Source of the DNA: Halopseudomonas nanhaiensis
Lineage (GTDB): Bacteria > Pseudomonadota > Gammaproteobacteria > Pseudomonadales > Pseudomonadaceae
Assembly: GCF_020025155.1 (NCBI RefSeq)
Contig: NZ_CP073751.1
Coordinates: 2,521,167 to 2,545,166, forward strand
DNA length: 24,000 nt
Direction of reading: 5' to 3'
Position numbers and translations under genes: made by a program. Position 1 is the stretch's first letter. The number at the start of each line of letters is the position of its first letter. This document shows positions 15,396 to 23,130 of the stretch, one piece after another. The notes beneath the pieces are model-generated. The model worked only from the letters and a program-made list of their open reading frames with translations, searched no databases and was not told the DNA's origin.

Positions 15396-17342
15396 TTGAC
15401 GCAGAGTTTCACCCACCGGCCGTTGCCCACGCTGCTGAGCGGCCCCCTACTACGCCGCCTGGCGCCGGACCGCCTGCTGATCTGGCTGGTCAGCTCCCGG
15501 CCCCTGGAGCTGACGCTCTGGTTGCAGCCCGCCGGCGAAGCGGCTCAGTCCATTTCCTGTACCGGCAAGAGCTGTCGCAGCCTTGCAGTGGGCCAGTCGG
15601 CGTTCGTGCAGTTGCTGGACATAACCCCCGCGTCCCGATTACCCGTCGACACGCTGATCGAGTATGACCTGACCTGGGTCGAACATGGCACCCAGCGCAG
15701 CCTGACCGAAGCGCTGCCCTACCTCTGCCACGATGGCCGAACACGACCAGACTTCGTCATCGCCTCGCACAACCGCAGGCTGCTGCATGGCTCCTGCCGC
15801 AAACCGCATTTCGATGCGCCGGACGGGCTGGTTCGCGCGGACAGCTGGCTCCAGACGCATCACGATGACGCCGCGCAGCGACCGTCATGGTTAATCATGA
15901 GCGGTGACCAGATCTACGCTGACGACGTGGGCGGCCCCATGCTGGTGGCGATCCACCGGCTGATCGAGCGCCTCGGCCTGTTCGGCGAGACGCTTGGTGG
16001 CGCAACGGTGGCCGATAGCGAAGCGCTTTACCGCTCGGACAAGACCTATTACCGCCGCGAGGAGCTGCTGCCGGACGTGCGCTCCAACGCGGTACTGCGC
16101 GAGCGGTTCTTCGGTGGCGTGAAAAAGCCGGTTTTCACTACCGCCCACGCGCATAACCACCTCATCACCTTCGCCGAGGTGATCGCCATGTACCTGCTGG
16201 TCTGGTCGCCGGAGTGCTGGAAGCTGGTCGATGACACGCCACCGCCAGTGGATACGGATTGGCAGGAGGTGTATCGGCGCGAGCAACGCATCCTTAAGGA
16301 TTTCGTCGCCGGGCTGCCCCAGGTCGCCCGACTGGTATGCCATCTGCCAACCCTGATGATCTTCGATGACCACGACATCACCGACGACTGGAACCTGACT
16401 GCCGAATGGGAGCGCACCGCCTATGGCAACCCCTTCTCGCGGCGGATCATCGGCAACGCACTGCTGGCCTATCTGCTATGCCAGGGGTGGGGCAACGCGC
16501 CCGACGCCGTCGCAGAGCCATTGAAGGCACTGGAGGACTTGCTTGCCGTCACGGCGTCCGCCACGGGGGCCAGGCTCGACGCCGGCCGCCAGGACGATTG
16601 CATCAACCAGGCGCTCGCCTTCCATCGCTGGAGCTTCAATATCCCTGGCGACCCCGGTCTGGTGGTCCTGGACACACGCACGCGGCGATGGCGCAGCGAG
16701 GACCATCCATCGCGGCCATCTGGTCTGATGGATTGGGAGTCACTCACCGAGATGCAGCAAAGGCTGCTGGATCACAAGAGTGTGGTAATCGTTTCTCCCG
16801 CACCAATGTTCGGCGTCAAGCTGATCGAGGCGATACAACGCCTGTTCACCCTTTCAGGCAATCCCCTGCTGGTGGACGCGGAGAACTGGATGGCCCACCG
16901 GGGCGCGGCTCAGGTGATGCTCAATATCTTCCGCCACACACGCACCCCCGGGAACTACGTCATTCTTTCGGGGGACGTGCATTATTCGTTCGTCTACGAC
17001 ATACGCATTCGCCAGCGCGTCAACGGGCCACGAATCTGGCAGATCACCAGCAGCGGACTGAAAAACAGTTTTCCACGCGGCCTGCTGGACTGGTTCGACC
17101 GGCTGAACCGCTGGCTGTACTCGCCGCGTTCACCTTTGAACTGGTTGACCAAGCGCCGCGCCATGCACGTGACCCCGCGTGATCCGGACCAGGCCAGCGC
17201 GGGCGAACGCCTCTGGAACGGAAGCGGTATCGGGCTGGTTTGCCTGGACCTTGAAGGCCGACCGGAGTCGATCGTTCAGCTGGATACCAGCGGCAAGGAT
17301 GTCCTGTTTCCCCCTGCCTCGAACAAATACGACGCGGGCTGA
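15396..17342 (+). CDS. PhoD-like metallophosphatase family protein (no recognisable signal peptide)
   Basis: Metallophosphoesterase-type motifs appear in PhoD order: MSGDQIYADDVGG, MIFDDHDITDDWN, ILSGDVHYSF. The N-terminal SGPLLRRLAPDRLLIWLVSS resembles the PhoD_N beta-sandwich start. The first in-frame start is TTG at 15396, so the start is uncertain. Confidence 0.6.
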   Translation: MTQSFTHRPLPTLLSGPLLRRLAPDRLLIWLVSSRPLELTLWLQPAGEAAQSISCTGKSCRSLAVGQSAFVQLLDITPASRLPVDTLIEYDLTWVEHGTQRSLTEALPYLCHDGRTRPDFVIASHNRRLLHGSCRKPHFDAPDGLVRADSWLQTHHDDAAQRPSWLIMSGDQIYADDVGGPMLVAIHRLIERLGLFGETLGGATVADSEALYRSDKTYYRREELLPDVRSNAVLRERFFGGVKKPVFTTAHAHNHLITFAEVIAMYLLVWSPECWKLVDDTPPPVDTDWQEVYRREQRILKDFVAGLPQVARLVCHLPTLMIFDDHDITDDWNLTAEWERTAYGNPFSRRIIGNALLAYLLCQGWGNAPDAVAEPLKALEDLLAVTASATGARLDAGRQDDCINQALAFHRWSFNIPGDPGLVVLDTRTRRWRSEDHPSRPSGLMDWESLTEMQQRLLDHKSVVIVSPAPMFGVKLIEAIQRLFTLSGNPLLVDAENWMAHRGAAQVMLNIFRHTRTPGNYVILSGDVHYSFVYDIRIRQRVNGPRIWQITSSGLKNSFPRGLLDWFDRLNRWLYSPRSPLNWLTKRRAMHVTPRDPDQASAGERLWNGSGIGLVCLDLEGRPESIVQLDTSGKDVLFPPASNKYDAG

Positions 17343-17507
17343 AATGCACAGGTGCTTTGCGCCGGCATTTGGGTAATATGATGGCACCCGAGCAAAACAA
17401 GGAACCACTGCCATGCGGCAGTACCAGCTCGGCCAGCCCCTCCACTGGCCGCCACGCCCAGCTCCGTCCCCAGCGGCGGCCGTGCGGCCACTTCCGGGCA
17501 GGTCGAT

Positions 17508-20500
17508 GTGAGCACATCATCCGGTACGCGACGGGAAGTACCGCTGCGCAGGCGCCTGCTCGCCATTGCGCTCGCGGGTATCGTTCCGCTGGCCGGCATC
17601 GCAGGCGTGGGTCTCTGGCAGCTGGTAGAGCATGAGGAAGATCAGGTCCAGCTGCGTACGCTCGACGTCACTCGACTGGCAGCAACGGCCCTCGAGACAG
17701 AGGTCGGACGGTCGCTGGATGTGCTCGAGGCCCTATCGCTCTCGCCCCTGCTGCTTCAGGACGATCTCGACGACTTCAGCAGACTTGTCCAGCGGGTACT
17801 CCCGCTGGTCCCCAACTGGCACTCCCTTCTGATCGTCGACCCGCAGGGCAAGGTCATTCGCCGCGTTTCGACCACTGCGATCCAGCCTGACGGGGCCATC
17901 GCAGACTGGGACAGCTTCAACTCCGTGCTGAGCACGGGAATACGTCAGGCCGGAAGTATTTCAAAAGGCCCGAGGGGCACCTGGGGCATCCCGCTACGCG
18001 TTCCGGTGATGCGTGACGGAAAGATCCACTATGTGCTGACCGGAGTGCTCAAGCCCTCAGGGGTCCTCGCGGTACTCAATACGCGTGCCCTCCCGGAAGG
18101 TTCGGTGATGACGGTGCTTGACCGTAGCGGCAACCGCATCGCGCGCACTCGGCGGCACGAGGAGACGCTGGGCGAGCCCGCCTCCTCAACTCTGGTCGAG
18201 ATGCTTAGAGAGCGGCCGGAGCCGGAGGGTACGGGGCGCTCGGTCACGGTAGAGGGCGTCCCGTCGTACACTTCCTTCGTGCGCTTGCAGAGCGAAGCCG
18301 GCTGGATCGTGGCAACGGGAATGCCGACCTCGGTGGTAGAGAACTCCGCAGCGCGCGCTTTCAGTCTGTACGGGGGCGGGCTTACCCTGTCCCTGTTGCT
18401 GGCCATCGTCGCAGCGCTGATTGCCAGCCGTCGCATCAGCGAGCCGATGGACCAGCTGCGGCAGGCGGCGGTGGCCATCGGTGCCGGAGAGATGCCGACG
18501 GCACCGAGCACCGACATCGAGGAAATCAGCGATGTCGGCCGCGCCCTGGAGGCGTCCGGTCGGGCGCGGCTGGAGAGTGAAGCCGAGCGCGGCCGCACCA
18601 TGATTCGCCTCAAGGAGGCGCAGCAGGCTCTGACCCGTCAGGTAACGGGGCTCGAGCGTCTGCACGGGCTGAGCAACCGCCTCATCGAACTGCCCGACCT
18701 CTCCTCACAGCTTGCCGCGATCATCGACCTGCTCTGTGACCTGCAGAACACCCGGCACGCGCTGATCCTGTCACGCCAGCTCAAGGGAAGACCCCTGGTG
18801 GTGGCCTCGCACGGGTTCACGCAGGAGAACCTGGCGAAGCTGAATGCCTCGAGCTCGCTTCAGGGTGAACTCGGCGTACAGCTGCTGGAAGGAGGGGAAA
18901 TCATCGCCTCCGAGACACCCTGCGCGCTGGACGGATTCCATTCGCTGCACAGCACCCCGTTCAAGAGCAGCGATGGCTCGGTCTCTGGCGCCATCGTGCT
19001 GCTCCATACCGAGCCGCAGAAACAGGGGGCGCTGGACCGACACCTGGCCGATCTCTGTGCCGGCCTGGCTGCCGTTCTGATCGACCGCGCACGCATGCAG
19101 GCGCGGGCGGGTGAATCGCAACGCACACTGCAGGTGGCCCTGGAGTCCTCATCGGTACCCTTCTGCGTGCTCGCCCCGGAGCGGGACGAAGGTGGAGCCG
19201 TACAGGATTTCCGTTGGGAGTTCATCAACCCCCGGGGCGCACGCGTGCTGCAACGCTCTGTCGAGGAACTGATCGGCGCTCCGCTGGGTGAGGTGCTGAC
19301 CGGCTGGCAGAACCGTCAAACCTTTGCCGAGCTGCTCCGTGTGGTCGATCACGGCGAGTCGAGGGATGTGGAGCTGTCCGCTGCGGCGGATCGTGCCGAG
19401 CGCTGGGTTCACATCATTGCGACCCCCTTTGAAGGGCGGGTAGCGGTCTGGTTCGCCGACATCACCGAGCGGAAAAAGCAGGAAGCGCTGATGCGTCAGG
19501 CAGACCGGCGCAAGGACGAATTCCTCGCCACCCTCGCCCATGAGCTGCGCAACCCCCTGGCTCCGATTCGCATGGCAGCGAGCCTGTTCGGTTCACAGCG
19601 CGCTACCGATTCGCAGAAACAGCGCAGCCAGCAGATAATCGAACGGCAAGTGGCGCACATGGCGCTGCTGCTCGATGATCTGTTCGACATCTCGCGCATC
19701 ACCCTCGGCAAACTGGCCCTGCGCGTGCGACCGGTGGACCTTCGAGACGTGGCCCGAGCGGCGCTGGAAACCTCCAGGCCCAAACTCGAGCTCCGTCGCC
19801 ATGACGTGGCGCTGGATGTGCCGAACCAGCCGATACCGGTCGAGGCCGACCCCATGCGGCTGGAACAGGTGATCACCAACCTGCTGACCAACGCCGCCAA
19901 GTTCACGCCCGAAGGTGGTCGCGTTGCCCTGCGCGTGTACACCGACCAGCAACATGCGTTTGTCAGCGTGTCCGACAACGGCCTGGGCCTGGCTGCCGAA
20001 CAGATTCCGGCAATCTTCGAGAAGTTCGCCCAGGTCGCTACCCAGGGTGGCGTGAGCGCGGGACTGGGCATCGGGTTGGCGCTTGCACGCGAGCTTGCCC
20101 GATTGCATGGCGGTGAAGTCGAAGCGCACAGTGAAGGACTGCAGCGTGGTTCGGAGTTCGTGGTCAGATTACCGTGCGGGGCGGCGCTGGAGGTGTCCCG
20201 GCAGCCGGACCGGCCGGAGGCCACAACAGCCCTCAGACCGCGTCGGGTACTGGTGGCCGACGACAACCCCGACATTGCCGCCACGGTCGCGGACATTCTC
20301 AGGCTGGAAGGTCATGAGGTGATCATGGCGCATGACGGTAGCGCTGCGCTGGCGGCCTACGAAGAACACATCCCGGACGCCGCTGTACTCGACATCGGTA
20401 TGCCTGGCATGCGTGGCGACGACGTCGCCAGGGCGATCCGAGCGCGTGACGATGGCGGGCTACCGTTGCTCATTGCAATGACTGGCTGGGGCCAGCCTGC

Positions 20501-20633
20501 CGACAAGCAGAACGCGCTGAACGCCGGCTTCGACAAACATCTGACCAAACCGGTCGACGCTCGCACATTACTCGAACTGCTGCGCAGCGGTCCGCGGCTG
20601 AATCAGGCTGACGGACAGGCCAGCCCCTCCTGA
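17508..20633 (+). CDS. Hybrid sensor histidine kinase / response regulator with periplasmic sensor and multiple cytoplasmic sensory modules
   Basis: Two TM segments (LLAIALAGIVPLAGIAGVGLWQLV; GGGLTLSLLLAIVAALIASRRI) bracket a periplasmic domain of about 250 aa (Cache-like by size and position; inference). Next come a HAMP-like linker, GAF/PAS-like modules (FRWEFINPRGARVL...), the H-box DEFLATLAHELRNPLAPI, ATPase boxes (LTNAAKFTPEGG, DNGLGL, GLGIGLALAREL) and a C-terminal receiver (VLVADDNPDIA...AAVLDIGMPGMRG...KHLTKP). GTG start at 17508. Confidence 0.9.
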   Translation: MSTSSGTRREVPLRRRLLAIALAGIVPLAGIAGVGLWQLVEHEEDQVQLRTLDVTRLAATALETEVGRSLDVLEALSLSPLLLQDDLDDFSRLVQRVLPLVPNWHSLLIVDPQGKVIRRVSTTAIQPDGAIADWDSFNSVLSTGIRQAGSISKGPRGTWGIPLRVPVMRDGKIHYVLTGVLKPSGVLAVLNTRALPEGSVMTVLDRSGNRIARTRRHEETLGEPASSTLVEMLRERPEPEGTGRSVTVEGVPSYTSFVRLQSEAGWIVATGMPTSVVENSAARAFSLYGGGLTLSLLLAIVAALIASRRISEPMDQLRQAAVAIGAGEMPTAPSTDIEEISDVGRALEASGRARLESEAERGRTMIRLKEAQQALTRQVTGLERLHGLSNRLIELPDLSSQLAAIIDLLCDLQNTRHALILSRQLKGRPLVVASHGFTQENLAKLNASSSLQGELGVQLLEGGEIIASETPCALDGFHSLHSTPFKSSDGSVSGAIVLLHTEPQKQGALDRHLADLCAGLAAVLIDRARMQARAGESQRTLQVALESSSVPFCVLAPERDEGGAVQDFRWEFINPRGARVLQRSVEELIGAPLGEVLTGWQNRQTFAELLRVVDHGESRDVELSAAADRAERWVHIIATPFEGRVAVWFADITERKKQEALMRQADRRKDEFLATLAHELRNPLAPIRMAASLFGSQRATDSQKQRSQQIIERQVAHMALLLDDLFDISRITLGKLALRVRPVDLRDVARAALETSRPKLELRRHDVALDVPNQPIPVEADPMRLEQVITNLLTNAAKFTPEGGRVALRVYTDQQHAFVSVSDNGLGLAAEQIPAIFEKFAQVATQGGVSAGLGIGLALARELARLHGGEVEAHSEGLQRGSEFVVRLPCGAALEVSRQPDRPEATTALRPRRVLVADDNPDIAATVADILRLEGHEVIMAHDGSAALAAYEEHIPDAAVLDIGMPGMRGDDVARAIRARDDGGLPLLIAMTGWGQPADKQNALNAGFDKHLTKPVDARTLLELLRSGPRLNQADGQASPS

Positions 20634-20653
20634 TCGCATCCCCTGCCGTCCGG

Positions 20654-21640
20654 TCAGGGATTGGCTGGTTCGTCGCGGAAGATTGATTCGGCAGGCTTGT
20701 TCTGCACGGTGAAGTCGGTATCGTTCTCGCCGCCGGCGTCCGGATCGGTATACCAGCACCATATGCCCATTCCTTCGATGCCGGGACGGTTGAGCACGCT
20801 CTTCCACTTGGTCAGGATGGTCTGCTGCAGCTGCAGATCCACCGGCAGCTCCTGCTCTTCAGGACTCTTCCAGGGCGCAGAGAGTACGTCGTCGGCTGAA
20901 CGCAGACCCACCTCGGCGACCCAGACCGGCTTCTGATGACGCTCGCCGAGCAACAACAGGCGATCCACCGACTCGCGCATCTGCGTATCGCGCTGCATCG
21001 GCTCGGAGGGGAGCGATGGATACAGGCTGCTGCCGATGACGTCGAACAAGCCCCAGTGCTGGAATTCTTCAGCGCGCTGCAGACTGTCGGCAACGTAGAG
21101 AACCTTGCCTGTATACACTTCGCGCACCGCAGCGACCAGCGCCGGCCAGTGCTCCGATTGCTCCAGATTGCGCAGCTCCGTGCCCAACACCATCGCCGGC
21201 ACCTTCTCCTGTTCGGCTACCCGTGCCAGCGGCAGTACCGCTTCGCGATAGGCCTGAAACCAGGCATCAGGGTCGGAGGGCTCAGCGTCACCGGCCCAAT
21301 GCTCGGGTATCCACAGATGCACCTTCAGCACCGGCACCAATCCAACCTGTTTCATCTGTTTCAGACCCGCCTGAACCATCTCGGGCGTGCTGTCGCTGCC
21401 ATTGACCGGATCATTGGACTCCGGCTCGGCTTGCCAGGCGAATGCCACCAGCAGCGCCCGATCGGCCCCGCTGTCAGCGAGCTGCTGCAACGAACGCTGG
21501 GTTTTCTCGCTGCCCCAACCGGCGTCGCCTGAAATTTTCACATTGGCACCGATCCAGAAATCCGGCTCCTGTGTGCAACCCGCAAGGGGCAACAACAACA
21601 GGGCCAACAACATCAAGGTTCTCTTTGCCATACCCGCCAT
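20654..21640 (-). CDS. Putative TIM-barrel (clan GH-A-like) glycoside hydrolase lipoprotein
   Basis: Lipoprotein signal MAGMAKRTLMLLALLLLPLAGC. Alternating strand/helix pattern with candidate catalytic glutamates in LGTELRN (acid/base position) and PVWVAEVGLRS (nucleophile position, reminiscent of the GH17-type xxE(T/S)GWPS motif). Family assignment is from memory and weak. Start at ATG 21640 (AAGGAG 4 nt upstream), overlapping the upstream gene by 28 nt. Confidence 0.5.
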   Translation of the reverse strand: MAGMAKRTLMLLALLLLPLAGCTQEPDFWIGANVKISGDAGWGSEKTQRSLQQLADSGADRALLVAFAWQAEPESNDPVNGSDSTPEMVQAGLKQMKQVGLVPVLKVHLWIPEHWAGDAEPSDPDAWFQAYREAVLPLARVAEQEKVPAMVLGTELRNLEQSEHWPALVAAVREVYTGKVLYVADSLQRAEEFQHWGLFDVIGSSLYPSLPSEPMQRDTQMRESVDRLLLLGERHQKPVWVAEVGLRSADDVLSAPWKSPEEQELPVDLQLQQTILTKWKSVLNRPGIEGMGIWCWYTDPDAGGENDTDFTVQNKPAESIFRDEPANP

Positions 21641-23130
21641 ACCTCTCCTTCGAACTCCAATTGATAACCCGGCATGCCGCTTTCCCATAGCTGCGGGAAC
21701 CGTTGCGAAATGCTGTCCTGAGCGCCTTCCAGCGACCCCGGCCGCGCCACCACCACCTGCGCCGGCATCCCGCCGCGGGTCGTCAGTGCGAGCTTGAAAC
21801 GATCGTCGAATGGCAGAATCAACTGCTGTGCATCACGCCGTGCTGCAATGACCCGGTATGCCGCCTGATCGTCGATCAGTGTGGGTAGTCGAGCTTCTGC
21901 GAGCCAGGATCCAAGGCGAATGTCTTCGTCTGAGCGCTGCACGATCGGCTCGCGGAATGCAGTGGCCCATTGCTGGACTTCCGGAAGCGGCTCTCTCAGC
22001 AGCACGAGCCAACCGAGCGGTATGGCAAGCAGCAAAAGCACTGCCGCAGGGATGCGCTGCCAGGGCAGCAGTGCCCGCAGCCCCAGAGCAGCGGGCACCA
22101 GCAGCAGCGCAAGGAAATCCAGCGCCTGCGTAGCGAACCAGACCAGCGTCGCCATGGCTCCGGCGCACACCAGCGTGCCGGCGACTGCCAGGGTACCCGC
22201 CCATCCGCGCTTGAGGCTCCAGAACGCCAGCAACAGGGAAGGAAAGGCCAGCGCACCGGTCACCACCAGCCACAGCAGGGGTTGAAACCATTGCCCCCCG
22301 AATTCGAGCAGCCAGGGCAGATAAGGCGCATCGGCGTAACCACCACGGAACGCCGAATCGGCCCGCGTGATGAACATCAGGCTGTCCCCGAAGAACAGCC
22401 AGTTCATGTACATCCAGCCGAGCAGTGCGAACACAAACGGCAAGTAGCAGATCAGGTAGAAGGCCAGCGGGGCGCGCTGGAGGATACCCTGCGGCGCGAC
22501 CAGCGCCAGCCACGGCAGCATCGCCAGAGCAATGAACGCCGCCCGCTCATCGATGAAGAACAGCAGACACAACCACCCGGCGAAGCGCAGATAGACCCGC
22601 GGTTCAGGATCGCCACCAAAGCTGCGTAGCGTGCGAAACAGGCCGTAGACTGCCAACGTGCCAAGGCCCAGGTTGTGTCCGGACGTGGATACCCACAGGA
22701 AGAACGGATGACAGACTAGCAACAGCGTCCATATCCAGGCCCAGACCGCGCCATGGTCGCGGGCCATGTCGCGCCAGGTAAGCGAGGCCAGCAAGCCCAT
22801 GGCGGCGATATCAAGCAGGTACGGCACCAGCACACCCGGCACGCCGGGCACCCAGCTGAACAGCAGGCCGAGGTACACCGAAGCCTGCGTGGAAAGAAAG
22901 CCTGCAAACTCCAGGCGCAGGCCCGCAGCATCGCGCATGACCAGCAGCTTGGCATAGCGCGCCAGGGCATCGCTACTCATGTAGCCATTGATGAGCAGGT
23001 GGTAGCAGAGCACACCCAGCGCCAGCAGCACCAGCACGAGTACCGGAGCGCTGCGCGCACGGCGCCTGCGTCTGGATCTACTCGCGGAGCGCGGCCTTGC
23101 GCTCTGCCGGTGCGTACTTGCTAATGCCAT
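21613..23130 (-). CDS. Polytopic inner-membrane protein of unknown family (about 11-12 TM segments plus a C-terminal soluble domain of about 125 aa)
   Basis: 505-aa ORF. It is the only long ORF in this interval without the Arg/Pro/Ala-rich low-complexity bias of the GC shadow ORFs. The Arg-rich N-terminus (RQSARPRSASRSRRRRRARS) is followed by many hydrophobic helices (VLVLVLLALGVLCYHLL, WAWIWTLLLVCHPFFLW, YLICYLPFVFALLGWMYMNWLFF ...) and a hydrophilic tail. I recognise no family motif. The start overlaps the GT2 stop by 53 nt, so the true start may be further downstream. Confidence 0.6.
   Translation of the reverse strand: MALASTHRQSARPRSASRSRRRRRARSAPVLVLVLLALGVLCYHLLINGYMSSDALARYAKLLVMRDAAGLRLEFAGFLSTQASVYLGLLFSWVPGVPGVLVPYLLDIAAMGLLASLTWRDMARDHGAVWAWIWTLLLVCHPFFLWVSTSGHNLGLGTLAVYGLFRTLRSFGGDPEPRVYLRFAGWLCLLFFIDERAAFIALAMLPWLALVAPQGILQRAPLAFYLICYLPFVFALLGWMYMNWLFFGDSLMFITRADSAFRGGYADAPYLPWLLEFGGQWFQPLLWLVVTGALAFPSLLLAFWSLKRGWAGTLAVAGTLVCAGAMATLVWFATQALDFLALLLVPAALGLRALLPWQRIPAAVLLLLAIPLGWLVLLREPLPEVQQWATAFREPIVQRSDEDIRLGSWLAEARLPTLIDDQAAYRVIAARRDAQQLILPFDDRFKLALTTRGGMPAQVVVARPGSLEGAQDSISQRFPQLWESGMPGYQLEFEGEVWRVWQREP

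Noticed and set aside
14150-15430. 426-aa ORF on the minus strand, longer than the plus-strand gene it overlaps
   Set aside because: Its translation is low-complexity Ala/Gly/Arg/Val-rich with no recognisable motifs. The plus-strand ORF (14156..15301) carries clear MDR oxidoreductase motifs and an RBS. This is a typical antisense shadow ORF in high-GC DNA.
19496-20296. 266-aa minus-strand ORF, and others at 18029..18613 and 19593..20129, inside the hybrid kinase gene
   Set aside because: These are Ser/Arg/Ala-rich antisense shadows. The plus-strand frame carries the H-box, ATPase boxes and receiver motifs.
20634-20653. Short CCCTG...CAGGG inverted repeat between the kinase stop and the hydrolase stop, as a possible convergent terminator
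   Set aside because: The stem is only 5 bp with an 11-nt loop, has no flanking T-runs, and partly overlaps the stop codon of the minus-strand gene. That is too weak to call.
21833-22629. Overlapping 226-aa (minus) and 219-aa (plus) ORFs within the 505-aa membrane protein gene
   Set aside because: Both are Arg/Gly/Pro/Gln-rich with no hydrophobic periodicity. The 21613..23130 frame yields consistent TM helices and fits the operon's overlap pattern.
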